This document shows positions 22,090-33,699 of a stretch of 64,000 bases of DNA, one piece after another. A program made the position numbers and the translations under genes. Every line of letters starts with the position of its first letter. Positions within the stretch are counted from its first letter, which is position 1. Origin of the DNA: a plasmid; sequence record NZ_CP084508.1. One strand, 5' to 3'. Under the pieces are notes generated by a model that was not told the origin of the DNA, searched no databases, and worked only from the letters and a program-made list of their open reading frames with translations.

Positions 22090-23511
22090 ATGAAATTATC
22101 ATTTAAATGGAAAAAGTTATTAGGGATAAGTGCTATTACGACAATCTTTTATGTATTACCACCACCAGGCGGGTTGTCTATTAACGGCTATCATTTATCT
22201 TTGTTATTCGTAGCAACTATTGCTGCCATAGTGCTAAATGTTATGCCTACAGGAGCCATAGCAATACTATCTATTGCAGTTTATTGTGTCACTTTACCTG
22301 TGGAGAAAATAGGCTCAGCAGCAATAAAAACAGAACTACATAATTTTAGTAATTCTTTAATTTGGCTGATTGTAATTGCTTTCATGATAGCGAAAGCATT
22401 TACTAAAACCGGTTTGGGTGAGCGAGTATCACTTATTCTGCTTAAGAAATTTGGCACATCATCATTAAAAATAGCCTACTGCATAGGTTTGGCTGACTAT
22501 ATACTGGCCCCAGCCACACCTAGTAATACAGCAAGATTTGCAATAACGTCACCAATAGCGAATGGTTTAGCTAAAACCATAGCTCCAGAGGATAAAAAAC
22601 TTGGCGAGTTTTTAATAAGTAATGCATCAGCAATGAACGATGCATCAGCAGTTGGTTTTAGTACCGGCTTTGCTGGCAACCTAGCACTCGTTGGAATAGC
22701 TTCAACTTTACTAGGAATTCATTTGACTTTTTTAGAGTGGACGTACTATCTATTACCGCCATCAATAGCTTTGTTTATAATTATACCATTTATATTATAT
22801 TACTTTATCTCTCCAAATACAAAAAAAACCCCTGACGCACCAAAATTTGCTAAAGCAAGGCTTTGTGAACTAGGAAAAATCACACTACCAGAAATATTAC
22901 TGTCTATAGTTTTCTTATTACTAGTGGTTATGTGGATCGTAGGTCCATTACTAAACTTAGATGCTACAAGCGCTGCATTTATAGGCTTGTCAGTAATGCT
23001 TATGCTTGGGGTTCTAAGTTGGAATGATGTGAAATCTGAATCAAGTGCTTGGGATACACTTATTTGGTTTTCTGTTTTAATGGGAATGGCTGATAACTTG
23101 AGAAAACTTGGTGTTGTAAAATGGCTTGGTGATGGAATTTCGTCACTCTTAGCTAATGTCATGAGTGGAGCATCACCAGTTTTATTTTTACTTGTTTTGA
23201 TGTTGTTTTTCCTAATAACATCTTATTTGTTCGCATCAGGAACAGCAAAGATAGTAGCGCTTGGTGGAGTGATGATTGGATCATTATTATCACTCCATGT
23301 GCATCCAATTATAGCCGTTCTTTCTATTGCAGGAATAATGAACATTGGTTGTAACCTAACAACTTACTCTCATGCTAGAAATCCTATTGCACTAGGATAT
23401 GGATACCATTCCCCTAGTCGCTGGATGGTTAATGGATTGATTATAGGATTGTCTGGATTTATTATTTTTATGACATCTGGTTTAATATGGTGGTCAATAT
23501 TAGGACTTTAG
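22090..23511 (+). CDS. polytopic membrane transporter, probably DASS/SLC13-type (divalent anion:Na+ symporter) or ArsB/NhaD-superfamily permease
   Basis: It is 473 aa with about 12 TM segments. It has a PSNTAR hairpin-tip motif like DASS SNT motifs. The GC is low (~35%), it has an RBS, and it is flanked by IS and intron debris. Confidence 0.5.
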   Translation: MKLSFKWKKLLGISAITTIFYVLPPPGGLSINGYHLSLLFVATIAAIVLNVMPTGAIAILSIAVYCVTLPVEKIGSAAIKTELHNFSNSLIWLIVIAFMIAKAFTKTGLGERVSLILLKKFGTSSLKIAYCIGLADYILAPATPSNTARFAITSPIANGLAKTIAPEDKKLGEFLISNASAMNDASAVGFSTGFAGNLALVGIASTLLGIHLTFLEWTYYLLPPSIALFIIIPFILYYFISPNTKKTPDAPKFAKARLCELGKITLPEILLSIVFLLLVVMWIVGPLLNLDATSAAFIGLSVMLMLGVLSWNDVKSESSAWDTLIWFSVLMGMADNLRKLGVVKWLGDGISSLLANVMSGASPVLFLLVLMLFFLITSYLFASGTAKIVALGGVMIGSLLSLHVHPIIAVLSIAGIMNIGCNLTTYSHARNPIALGYGYHSPSRWMVNGLIIGLSGFIIFMTSGLIWWSILGL

Positions 23512-23639
23512 CTACAAACATTATTAACAACCCAGTACCGTCGGTGAATCGTGAACAAGAAGGTTTAGGGCGAGAGTACGGTTGAAGCGTGGAAATTTCG
23601 AAGCCAGCGGACGGCATGCTTGAGGATACCAACTGTTAC

Positions 23640-24560
23640 ATCGATAGACTCATCTAGTAAATGCAGCTACAAGTGCTGCAACCGTTGATTGATCCGATAT
23701 TATCTGATTTCAGTTATGGTCTCCGACCGGACTGCAGCTCGCACAACGCGGTGCTACAAGCACAGGAAAGTTTTCGGGGAGATCTTGAAAAGTTTTTTGA
23801 TCGAGTTTATCACGACATCCTGATGGGGCGATTGGTGAAACAAATCTCCGATGAGGCCATGCTACAGCAGATTCGCCGTTATTTGTAGACTAAGCTCATA
23901 GCGAATAGCGTGGTTGGTTCGTGATCAGGGGATCACCGTAAGGTGGCCGCTGCTGTTGGTCAATGTGCTGCTAAAACTGCAATAGCGCGGACATCGTTTC
24001 ACTCGCCATTTCGCAGCTAGAAAGCAGAAGAACTGCCTAGGCTGGATGCGCAAGATGTATGAAAGTTGCATCTGCGCGTGAACGAGAAGAAAAACAAAGA
24101 GTGCCCAGCTTCGGATGGGCGTTCCTTATCTACAAACCTACGGCGGTGGATGGGAAGCTCTGTCAAGATTACAGTAACTCCCAAGGCTCCCGGCTCGTTC
24201 AAGCAGCATGTCCGCGACATCACCAGACGTATCGACAGCTAAGACCTGCCTCAGATTACCGAAAAAATACGGGAATACATCTCGGGTAGGAGATCCTACT
24301 TCCGTTTGGCACAAACACAGCAGATCTTTAAAAATCTGGATTCAGAGATACGCTACCGGCTCCAAGCTATTCAACTCAAGTAATGGAGCACAGGAAGACG
24401 GTGTACATCACAACATTGATGTCTCACGAGGGCCGCACATATTGCGGGAGGCACAGGGTACTAGTGGCGACACCAGCGAGGCTGGGGTGAACTGACGCTC
24501 TCGGCTTCCCCCTACTTGCATGACCTCAACTTCTCGACCCGCTCGGTACGGCTACTACTT
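23640..24560 (+). pseudogene. second group II intron-encoded RT/maturase remnant (RT domains 2-7 and X domain, N-terminus missing, frameshifted)
   Basis: ..LQPLIDPILSDFSYGLRPDCSSHNAV..DLEKFFDRVYHDILMGRLVKQISDEAMLQQIRRYL (RT2-3). Then ..RGHRFTRHFAA.. with a degenerate YADD, ..VKITVTPKAPGSFKQHVRDITRR.. and ..REYISGRRSYFRLAQTQQIFKNLDSEIRYRLQAIQLKQW (thumb/X domain) follow in shifted frames. Confidence 0.55.
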
Positions 24561-24892
24561 ACTGTGTGGTGTAGTAGGGATATAACCTTGTGCTACCCTC
24601 CTCCTATGCCGATCAACACCGAACCGTCCTAAAGGACTGTCCTCAAATAATAGTGCCCTCGCAAGGTGAGGGTAGAATTTCTGCTCTGCCCCCCTAATGC
24701 TAACTGAAGATAACCCAGGCAGGCGCTAGACAAAAAAAACGCCGCATAAGCAGCGAGCTAAAACATCAAGGAGTCAATATTGACGCAAAATCGAACTCAT
24801 TCAAAAATGAGCCAGTCAGCTATGATTCTAGTCAGTCTACCACAAAATAAAAAACAGCCAATCCTAGTGGATAATATTTTTTACTCGGGAAT

Positions 24893-26059
24893 TTCATTCT
24901 ATAACTAACTAATCCTAATACCGCTACACTTTAGCCAGCCCATGTTTCCCTCCGGGGAATGGGCTAACGGTATCCATAAAGTGACGAACCTTCTTCAACA
25001 GTTGCCACATTGAACGGCACTGGTGATTTCGGGTTATTGTTTCATGAAGCGCCTGCCACAACCGTTCGACATGGTTGACCCACGGCGAGTACACCGGCTG
25101 ATAAATCACCCTGAACTTCGGGTTTGCTTTCAGCCAGCGCAACGTTTCACGGCTTTTGTGGGTGATGTAGTTATCGACAATGAGCGTAATCGTTTTTGCC
25201 CGCCGGTATGTCACCTTAAGATGTTTTAACAGTATGATAAATAAGGATGAACCTTTACTGTTTCCACCCACGTAGCTGACTTTTCCCGTACCACTGTGCA
25301 GCGCACCGGCAAGATAGTACTTTTCATTCTGGCCCGGTGTGACAACGCGCTTTTGCTGCCCGCGTGACTGCCAGTCAGCCCCGATTTTCGGGTTGAGATG
25401 AATATCCACTTCATCTTCGTAAAATACGGGGTTTTCCGCACTGCATTTCGTCAGCGCTATCATGGATAGCGGCCATTTTTTCTTCTTTGTGTGGGTCACG
25501 GATACGCAGTGTCGGCGCGGCTCTGCGCCATACCAGTCCGGCAACAGGTAACCATCGCCGGATGGTTGAAGCATGTAGCGGGCAACCGGTGACATCACGG
25601 ATTTTTATCGCCAGCAGTTCGGTACTCCAGCGGGAACGCTGATAACCGAAATCGCCAGGAGAATGCTTAACAAGCTCACGCAGCAATGCGCAAATATGTT
25701 CGAACGGCCAGCGCCTCCCACGTCTTGATGGTAATGACTTCAGGCCTTCAGCACCAGACAGTGTGAGCCAGTTAATCCAACGACAAATCGATGAACGGGC
25801 ACAGCAGAGCGTTCTGGCTACATGACTGACGGTATCACCACGATGCAGCATCAGCATGGCGGTGAGCCGCCGGGCGTGGTGTTTGTCCTTTGTTTTATGG
25901 ATCGTTTTCTGCATCAGGCGTCGTTCGGTTCTGGGGATTGGTGCTATGATCGGCATGGCTCAGTCCGGCTGGTGATTTGGGATATTCCGCGATTGATCAG
26001 ATCGCATAAACCGGACTGAGTTCCCCCTGAGTGATCTACTATTTCGAGCAGTTATTTAG
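24893..26059 (-). mobile_element. IS630-family insertion sequence, copy A (about 1.17 kb, transposase in two overlapping ORFs)
   Basis: One end is CTAAATAACTGCTCGAAATAGTAGATCAC... at about 26059 (reverse-complemented). The other end is partly mutated, near 24895. The transposase N-terminal HTH ORF is at 25411-25956 and the DDE ORF is at 24924-25598. They are joined at an A6 tract near 25476-25481. The copy is near-identical to copy B. Confidence 0.75.
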
Positions 26060-27221
26060 ATAGGGATCTCTCGAACAGCGGATTTTCCATGCAATAAAAA
26101 TATAAGCATTGCAGTCACAAAAAACGAAAAATAAAACACAAAAAAAGAAACACCACAAGATGTTATCACAATATTACATATAAATTATCAAGAAGTTTCT
26201 TAAGCGTTCGACATTGTTTCACAACTACTCCACTAAAATTTATAAAGTTAAACTCAGATATCAAGATAACATCATGGAGATTTCACTCTGAAATTTTAAT
26301 AAAAAACCATTTAAATTCATTTTGTTAAAACAAAAATCACGTGGAGAAACATTACAAAGTTTCATAAGTTAAATTACTATACTACCAATATCTGCGGCCC
26401 CTCTCACAAGAGTAATCAGCAAAACCACACAATGATAGTTATTGAATATTTGAAGGCGAAAGGCATATCAAAGTTCGCAGTGAATATAGTCTACCTGTCG
26501 AGATACAATGTCCGGGAAAAATAAGGCTTAAACAGCTCAACAGTGGATCAGGATGATAAAAAATGCGTTATTAGTTTGAATATAAGCAACACTGACATGG
26601 ATGTGAGTTGCTGGTAGCCCCACCACTAGGATATACCAATCAATTTTGCTCATACTTTATGTCGCATAGTAAAAAACTCTCATAGAGTAAATTATGTGTA
26701 CAACTAGGGGGGCAGTTGAAGAAAAGACACATCATTTAGAACATGGAGGGCATAAAAATATTCATTGTAAATGACCAGTGGTTGGCCTTTTAGGGAGGGA
26801 GAATATCACAATTTACCTACTTCATAATTAAGAGTCGGTACATTCACATCGCGAATACTGGTAATTACTGGTATCTTTTTTGTGATAAAGTTGGCTTTTT
26901 TATTAGCTCTTTTTTGTTGTAATAATAAAGTACTTGCAGTATTGGATGCTTTAGCAACTTTTTGATGATTTGTATGTGATACAGCGACTATTTTTGCCGG
27001 GCGGAGTCTCGGCACTTTTTTTTTGTTGTTTCGTTTTTCGCTTTTTGTATATAAGGATGTTATATGTGATAATGTCATACATTTAGAATACCATGCATGA
27101 CGACCAATGGTGATATTTTTCTTGTAAATGATGTTTGCAACTATTGTTTAATACATTTTTTCTATTATAATAGTACGGCCTGTCTAGATGTAGCAACATG
27201 TTAGAGTTAATGATGATTTAG

Positions 27222-27250
27222 ATTAGCCGCTAAAATTAGCGGCTTTTTTT
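27222..27250 (+). terminator. rho-independent terminator-like hairpin GCCGCTAAAATTAGCGGC followed by T9
   Basis: The stem is 7-8 bp perfect, the loop is AAAATT and a T-run follows. This was read from the sequence. Confidence 0.5.
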
Positions 27251-27479
27251 TCATTTCACCATAAATATGGCTGTTTGACTTATTCTTAGATGTATCGTGT
27301 ATCGGCTTTGTTGAGTTAATCTAGTTTAGATAAAACTATCCCATCCCATATCAATCATTACCCAAAGTAATTCACATATTTTTGTACATTCCCGCGCGTG
27401 TCATTTTGTAAATAGGCCCATTTTAGTTCCAGGCATTTTTTAAGATCCTGGTCAAATAATGGTGCTGTCGATATTCCTC

Positions 27480-29230
27480 CGGTGTCATATTGTTCAGTGA
27501 TTCATGCGGACGTTCACAGTTATATTCTTATAACCATTTCTCCGTGATTTCCCGCACTTCATTCAGCGTTCTGAACAGATAAAAACCGAGTATTTCTGTA
27601 CGGTATGTCCTGTTAAAACGCTTGATGAAAGCATTCTGCGTCGGCTTACCCGGTTGGATAAACTCCAATTTTACTGCGTGCCTCTCTGCCCATTTAGCCA
27701 GCGCCAGAGAGATAAATTCCGGACCATTATCCATGCGCAGCATGGACGGATAGCCACGGTTTGCCGCGATCCTGTCGAGAACACGAACGACTCGCTGAGC
27801 TGGCAGGTTCAGATTGATTTCAATCGACAACGCCTCACGGTTAAAGTCATCAACGACATTGAACGTGCGAAAACGACGGCCACAGGCCAGTGCATCATGC
27901 ATAAAATCGACAGACCAGCTCTGGTTTAGCGCCTCCGGTGTAGCCAGTGGCGAGGGATTACGCACCGGCAACCGCTGTTTGCCCTTACGGCGAAAATTCA
28001 GCTTCAGCAGACAATAAATACGGTGGAGCTTTTTGTGATTCCACGAATATCCCTGCCGCCGCAGGACCTGGAAAAGCTTCGGAAAACCATATCGTGGGTA
28101 TCGCTCAGCCACAGCCTGCAGGGCGGCAATAACGGGTTCATCACGTGTGGTATCCGGGCGGTAATGGTAAACCGTTCTGCTCAGGTTCAGACTCCAGCAA
28201 GCCTAACGGATACTGAGTCCAAATGTCGTTATCAGATAAGTGACCAGATCACTCTTACGTGCTGATTTTAAAGTTTTTTGATAACGTCTTTCCGTGCCCG
28301 GTTCTCAAGGCTCAGGCTGGCAAACATCTGTTTGAGACGTCGGTTCTCGTCCTCAAGATCCTTGACCTTTTTAATATCAGAAGCCTCCATGCCGCCGTAT
28401 CTGGACTTCCTGTTAATGGGATGGACTACCTCCTCCCGCTGCGGTTAACTGTACGAAATGCGCTCACCAGGAGAATCACCATGAATATCGTATTTCTGGG
28501 TATTGATCTGGCTAAAAATGTTTTTTAGCTCTGCGGGTTAAACCAGGCCAGCAAACCAGTTTATACGAAACGAACTGGCCGAAAATAATTGCTCCAGACG
28601 CTGGCAAATATTCCTGCATGTCTGATTGGGATCGAAGCATCCAACGGGGCATTTTACTGGTAGCGTGAGTTTGAGAAGCTGGGGCACAAAGTAAAGGTCA
28701 TCAGTCCTCAGTATGTAAAACCCTTTGTCCGCGGGCAAAAAAATGATGGTAATGATGCACAGGCCATCGCAGTGGCTCTGATGCAACCGACAATGCAGTT
28801 CGGGCCACCAAAAAGCCCCGAACAGCAGGATATCCAAGCTTTACATCGGGCAAGGCAGCGTATTGTCAATCGCTACACAGGTTGCACCTGCACAATCGGA
28901 ACCTGATTTTTATACTGGCCTCAGAGGCCGTCCAGTTGTTGAGACGACTGTGCGCAAATTACCCATTTGGGCACAGATTTTCCTGATGCCGGATAGATGT
29001 AAGCAACAACCCGAAACCAAATTCAGTACTTGCAAAACGGAGGTAGTCCATAGATGTAGTTGGTGGCTTCAGAGATGCCGACCTCCCGGCAGACATCTTT
29101 AACGTTCGTCCGGCTTCAACCGACTTAATCACAGCGATGATCTGATGCGCAGTAAAACGGGCTTTACGCATAGCGATCTCCTTCGTTGGTAGATTGATTA
29201 TGCCGGATTTTCTCTAAATGTGAATGGCAC
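27480..29230 (-). mobile_element. IS3-family (IS407-like) element remnant; orfA interrupted by an IS110-family 5' fragment
   Basis: orfB is at 27528-28112 (..YPRYGFPKLFQVLRRQGYSWNHKKLHRIYCLLKLNFRRKGKQRLPVRNP..WSVDFMHDAL.., the DDE core). The orfA C-terminus is at about 28290-28440 (..YGGMEASDIKKVKDLEDENRRLKQMFASLSLENRA..). The orfA N-terminus is at 28959-29171 (MRKARFTAHQIIAVIKSVEAGRTL.., matching the IS407-family KRFTEQQIIGFLKEAEAG). Confidence 0.6.
28470..28880 (+). pseudogene. IS110-family transposase 5' fragment (stop codons), embedded within the IS3-family orfA
   Basis: MNIVFLGIDLAKNVF*..GIEASNGAFYW*REFEKLGHKVKVISPQYVKPFVRGQKNDGNDAQAIAVALMQPTMQF..QQDIQALHRARQRIVNRY shows canonical IS110 N-terminal motifs with in-frame stops. 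Confidence 0.6.
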
Positions 29231-29472
29231 GATTATGCGGGGCACTTATAACTCCACTATATTACTATAAACGTAATCATACAATGTCGGAGCAGTGCCT
29301 ACACGATGATAATGGCGACTAAAAAAAGAAAATTTGACTTTATTTGACCATTTTATCAATGGTTATTCAACATAAATATGTATGCTAAAAGATAACAAAA
29401 GCAAAGGAAAACATCCTTTGTCCTAAGCGTAAAATAATCCATGTACCTTGTTACACAATAGCTAATACTATA

Positions 29473-30456
29473 TTATACGGAAAAGTGTATTTTTTTTCTA
29501 TATTGTGTTGGGGTCATATTATAGTTAATCTTAAAATACCTAACCGCTATACTTAACGACTTAAAACCACTTTCCAGAGAGAGTAGTTCGATGCTAGATG
29601 TCGGGTTTCTAATTATCTTGTTTAATAAAAGCTCACTTCTTTGTTTATTTAGATACTCATAAAACTTAATATTATACTTTTTTAGTTTGTATTGAATTGC
29701 CCTAGGGGTTAAATTGTAATAATTAGACATTTCACACAAGGAAAAATTGACTTTTTTCATATTACTGCGAATGTAATCTTGCATTGATAATATATCAACA
29801 TCATAATTCCTATGTTTTTTTGGAGGGGGGGAGTTATCTAACTGTAGACTCAAAATACTAATTATGGCGTTTACTATTTTTGTAGAATAGCGCTCACTTG
29901 TTGTTTTATAAAGTTGCAAAGCTAAAGAGTTTAGCATGTCGCCATATCCATGTAATGACAACCCACTCCAACACCATGAATTTATATCGCTTTTATCGTC
30001 ACAAACACTACTAAGCTTAATGATAAACGATAAGCTATTTCTATGCGTCAAACAAGTCTCAACATAAGGCTCCCACGCTGGGATAAGTATACTCTCTCCC
30101 CTGGGTACATGAATACGTCGTTGGGGTGAAGTAACAATTAATCCCGAACAAGCATGGAGTAAAATAATATGCTTTTCTTGTGCATGAATAACATCATGAT
30201 GAATAAGTGATATCTGTTGAGGTGATGAGTTAACCTTAACCATTATTACTTTATTACTAAACTCATTTAATTGAATATCTCCATTAAATGCATCCATATC
30301 TCCATTCTTGGGGATTTTCATATCGGCTTTAAAAAAGCCAAGCTTTTGTTTGGCCACATTAGACCACTCTTCAATACCACTCTCTCCACAAGCATTTAAT
30401 GTATAATTATTCACCATAAATAAAAAGTAACAAATTATTATGAAGGGGTATTTCAC
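29473..30456 (-). CDS. AraC/XylS-family transcriptional regulator (327 aa), low GC
   Basis: The C-terminus has AraC-type HTH repeats (..NYYNLTPRAIQYKLKKYNIKFYEYLNKQRSELLLNKIIRNPTSSIELLSLESGFKSLSIAVRYFKINYNMTPTQYRKK). The gene contains C7 and A8 tracts (DNSPPPKKH). Confidence 0.75.
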   Translation of the reverse strand: MKYPFIIICYFLFMVNNYTLNACGESGIEEWSNVAKQKLGFFKADMKIPKNGDMDAFNGDIQLNEFSNKVIMVKVNSSPQQISLIHHDVIHAQEKHIILLHACSGLIVTSPQRRIHVPRGESILIPAWEPYVETCLTHRNSLSFIIKLSSVCDDKSDINSWCWSGLSLHGYGDMLNSLALQLYKTTSERYSTKIVNAIISILSLQLDNSPPPKKHRNYDVDILSMQDYIRSNMKKVNFSLCEMSNYYNLTPRAIQYKLKKYNIKFYEYLNKQRSELLLNKIIRNPTSSIELLSLESGFKSLSIAVRYFKINYNMTPTQYRKKIHFSV

Positions 30457-30574
30457 TATACTGTATTACTAACACACATAAAATAGAAACATCTGCTTTT
30501 TTAAAAAATAAAACTCTTTTTTACAAATTGAAAACGATATCACTTTCTGAGTAGCATCCCTTAATCACTTGATG

Positions 30575-31643
30575 GCGTTGTTGAATAAATCAGGTTTCGG
30601 GCAAGGATCCCCGTAGCGGGTTGTGTTTTCAGGTAATATGAACGCTTTCTGGCATACCTGCCCTCGTCATTTTGTTCAGTGCACGCACCATGGCCATAGC
30701 CTCCGCAACCTGTCCATCATAATCACGCAGCGTCAATGAATCTCCGAATAGCTATTTCACCCTGTACATCGCCGTTTCCGCTATCGAGTGACGTTTGTAA
30801 TCTGTTGTCCATTTCCACCGGGCATTACTCCCGCTCAGATGCGGATTAGCCACAGCACGGTTGCAGTCTGCATATTCTCCGGGCCAGTAACCGGCCCCCT
30901 TTCGGGGAGGGATGAGGGCACTAATTTTCTTTCGGCGCAGTTCATCGTGACATAACCGTGTGTCGTAAGCTCCGTCTGTAGCCGCTGACCTGATTTTTCT
31001 GTGTGTCTGCCGGATTAGCCCGGGAAAGGCCTCTGCGTCCGTGACATTGTTCAGTGAAAGGTCTGCGCAGATTATTTCATGTGTTTTAGCATCGACTGCA
31101 AGGTGCAGTTTTCGCCAGATGCGACGACGTTCTTTACCCTGTTTTTTGACTTTCCATTCACCCTCACCGAAGACTTTCAGTCCTGTTGAATCAATCACCA
31201 GATGGGCTATCTCACCCCGGGAGGGGGCTTTAAAACTGATGTCAACTGACTTTATCCGCTTGCTAACGCTGGTGTAATCATCTGGGCAGCGCAGCGGAAC
31301 GTCCATCAGCGTAAAAATGGAATCAATAAAGCCCTGTGCGGCGCGTAGGGTGAGGCAGAATACGCGTTTAATCACGAGGACGATCGTGATGGCAAGGTCA
31401 GAATAGCGCAGAGGCCTTCCCCGGGATGAAGGCGTTGCTGACTCATACCAGGCCTGAATAGCCTCATCGTCCAGCCAGAAAGTGAGGGAGCCACGGTTGA
31501 TGAGGGCCTTGTTGTAGGTCTTCCAATTGATGATTTTAAATTTTTGTTTTGCCACGGCATCGTCTGCGTTGTTGGGAGGAGCTGAGCTCTGATCCTTCAA
31601 CACAGCAAAAGTTCGATTTATTCAACAACGCCCGTTTTTCGCG
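30575..31643 (-). mobile_element. IS903-like (IS5 family) insertion sequence, copy 2 (about 1.07 kb)
   Basis: The terminal inverted repeats are GGCGTTGTTGAATAAATC (30575-30592) and GATTTATTCAACAACGCC (31626-31643). The transposase at 30752-31603 is almost identical to IS903 Tnp but ends at an in-frame TAG (RVK*, where IS903 has RVKQLFGG). The remaining 40 codons still read through downstream (..LFGDSLTLRDYDGQVAEAMAMVRALNKMTRAGMPESVHIT). Confidence 0.85.
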
Positions 31644-32088
31644 TGATGTGACTCCCGATATCGAGTGGCTTCTGAAACAGGGGCGCCAGCTGAGCGTCAG
31701 CGCGAAGCTGACCAGTAAGCTGAATTACCTCTGGCGCTCCTGCACCGGCGAGCTGTCTGAACAGAGCGACCTGTTCCGGTTAACATATGCCCTGGAAACC
31801 GCGCAAGACATGAGCTGGAATTACCGCCTGTTAAGCGATCGGGAATGGTCAGGTCGGTATGCCGTTGCGTTGAACGCTGGCGTGAACGGCATTTATCTCT
31901 CACGGACTAACCTCGACGCGGCATTTGACGATGATGGGCGACAGATAAATCCGCTGCTGACGCGCCTGACTGGTAATGTTGGGGGCGTGGTAAAGCTGTT
32001 TAACCGCTATAGCTGGCAGGCTGATTCGGCACAGGATACGCCCCTGCCCCACCAGTTTCTGTTGGTAGCCAGCCGGGATGCCGGATAG
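31644..32088 (+). pseudogene. 3' part of an unknown gene truncated by the IS903 insertion (..DVTPDIEWLLKQGRQLSVSAKL...LLVASRDAG)
   Basis: The ORF reading frame starts inside the IS (31549). Only the sequence after the IS end is non-IS. No family was recognised. Confidence 0.35.
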
Positions 32089-32159
32089 GCTATAAGTATT
32101 TCACATGTAATACATTTGTAATCGCTCGTCAGCAACTTGCCAGAGATAACTCAGTAGCA

Positions 32160-32501
32160 CAACTACTAATGCAATTTAGGGGGATAGGCCCAATGACTGC
32201 TACAGCAATCGTTGCCAGCATAGGTAATGGTCATGATTTCAAGAACGGGCGTCAGTTTAGTGCATGGCTGGGGTTAACACCAAGACAACAAAGCTCCGGG
32301 GGTAAAGCACGGTTGGGGAGAATAACGAAAGCCGGCGACAGCTATCTCAGAACACTTCTTGTTTTGGGGGCGAGATCTGTACTGTTGGGAGCAGCTAAAA
32401 ATGATGATCCGGTCAGTCGATGGGCCCTGCAATTAAAAGAAAGGCGAGGATATGGACGAGCGCTTGTTGCGATAGCAGCAAAAAATACACGTATGTGCTG
32501 A
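32160..32501 (+). pseudogene. IS110-family transposase 3' fragment
   Basis: ..GIGPMTATAIVASIGNGHDFKNGRQFSAWLGLTPRQQSSGGKARLGRITKAGDSYLRTLLVLGARSVLL.. is the C-terminal signature region of IS110-family Tnp. Confidence 0.6.
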
Positions 32502-32539
32502 GCAATGTTGCACCTGAGAGATGAATTCAGATTCCCAGT

Positions 32540-33699
32540 CTAAATAACTGCTCGAAATAGTAGATCACTCAGGGGGAACTCAGTCCGGTTTATGCGATCT
32601 GATCAATCGCGGAATATCCCAAATCACCAGCCGGACTGAGCCATGCCGATCATAGCACCAATCCCCAGAACCGAACGACGCCTGATGCAGAAAACGATCC
32701 ATAAAACAAAGGACAAACACCACGCCCGGCGGCTCACCGCCATGCTGATGCTGCATCGTGGTGATACCGTCAGTCATGTAGCCAGAACGCTCTGCTGTGC
32801 CCGTTCATCGATTTGTCGTTGGATTAACTGGCTCACACTGTCTGGTGCTGAAGGCCTGAAGTCATTACCATCAAGACGTGGGAGGCGCTGGCCGTTCGAA
32901 CATATTTGCGCATTGCTGCGTGAGCTTGTTAAGCATTCTCCTGGCGATTTCGGTTATCAGCGTTCCCGCTGGAGTACCGAACTGCTGGCGATAAAAATCC
33001 GTGATGTCACCGGTTGCCCGCTACATGCTTCAACCATCCGGCGATGGTTACCTGTTGCCGGACTGGTATGGCGCAGAGCCGCGCCGACACTGCGTATCCG
33101 TGACCCACACAAAGAAGAAAAAAATGGCCGCTATCCATGATAGCGCTGACGAAATGCAGTGCGGAAAACCCCGTATTTTACGAAGATGAAGTGGATATTC
33201 ATCTCAACCCGAAAATCGGGGCTGACTGGCAGTCACGCGGGCAGCAAAAGCGCGTTGTCACACCGGGCCAGAATGAAAAGTACTATCTTGCCGGTGCGCT
33301 GCACAGTGGTACGGGAAAAGTCAGCTACGTGGGTGGAAACAGTAAAGGTTCATCCTTATTTATCATACTGTTAAAACATCTTAAGGTGACATACCGGCGG
33401 GCAAAAACGATTACGCTCATTGTCGATAACTACATCACCCACAAAAGCCGTGAAACGTTGCGCTGGCTGAAAGCAAACCCGAAGTTCAGGGTGATTTATC
33501 AGCCGGTGTACTCGCCGTGGGTCAACCATGTCGAACGGTTGTGGCAGGCGCTTCATGAAACAATAACCCGAAATCACCAGTGCCGTTCAATGTGGCAACT
33601 GTTGAAGAAGGTTCGTCACTTTATGGATACCGTTAGCCCATTCCCCGGAGGGAAACATGGACTGGCTAAAGTGTAGCGGTATTAGGATCAGTTATTTAG
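32540..33699 (+). mobile_element. IS630-family insertion sequence, copy B (about 1.16 kb), in inverted orientation relative to copy A
   Basis: The terminal repeats are CTAAATAACTG... and ...CAGTTATTTAG. The ORFs are at 32643-33140 (HTH) and 33137-33676 (DDE), joined at an A7 tract (33118-33124). A -1 shift on A_AAA_AAT would fuse them into a transposase of about 344 aa. Confidence 0.8.

Noticed and set aside
26806-27078. 90-aa lysine-rich ORF in the AT-rich spacer 26060-27480
   Set aside because: It arises from A/T-run sequence. It has no RBS and a low-complexity translation. It was kept out of the feature list, although a degraded gene cannot be excluded.
31549-31643. ATG start of the 179-aa ORF at 31549
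   Set aside because: The first 95 bp are IS903 terminal sequence. The native gene is 5'-truncated by the insertion, so the ATG is fortuitous.
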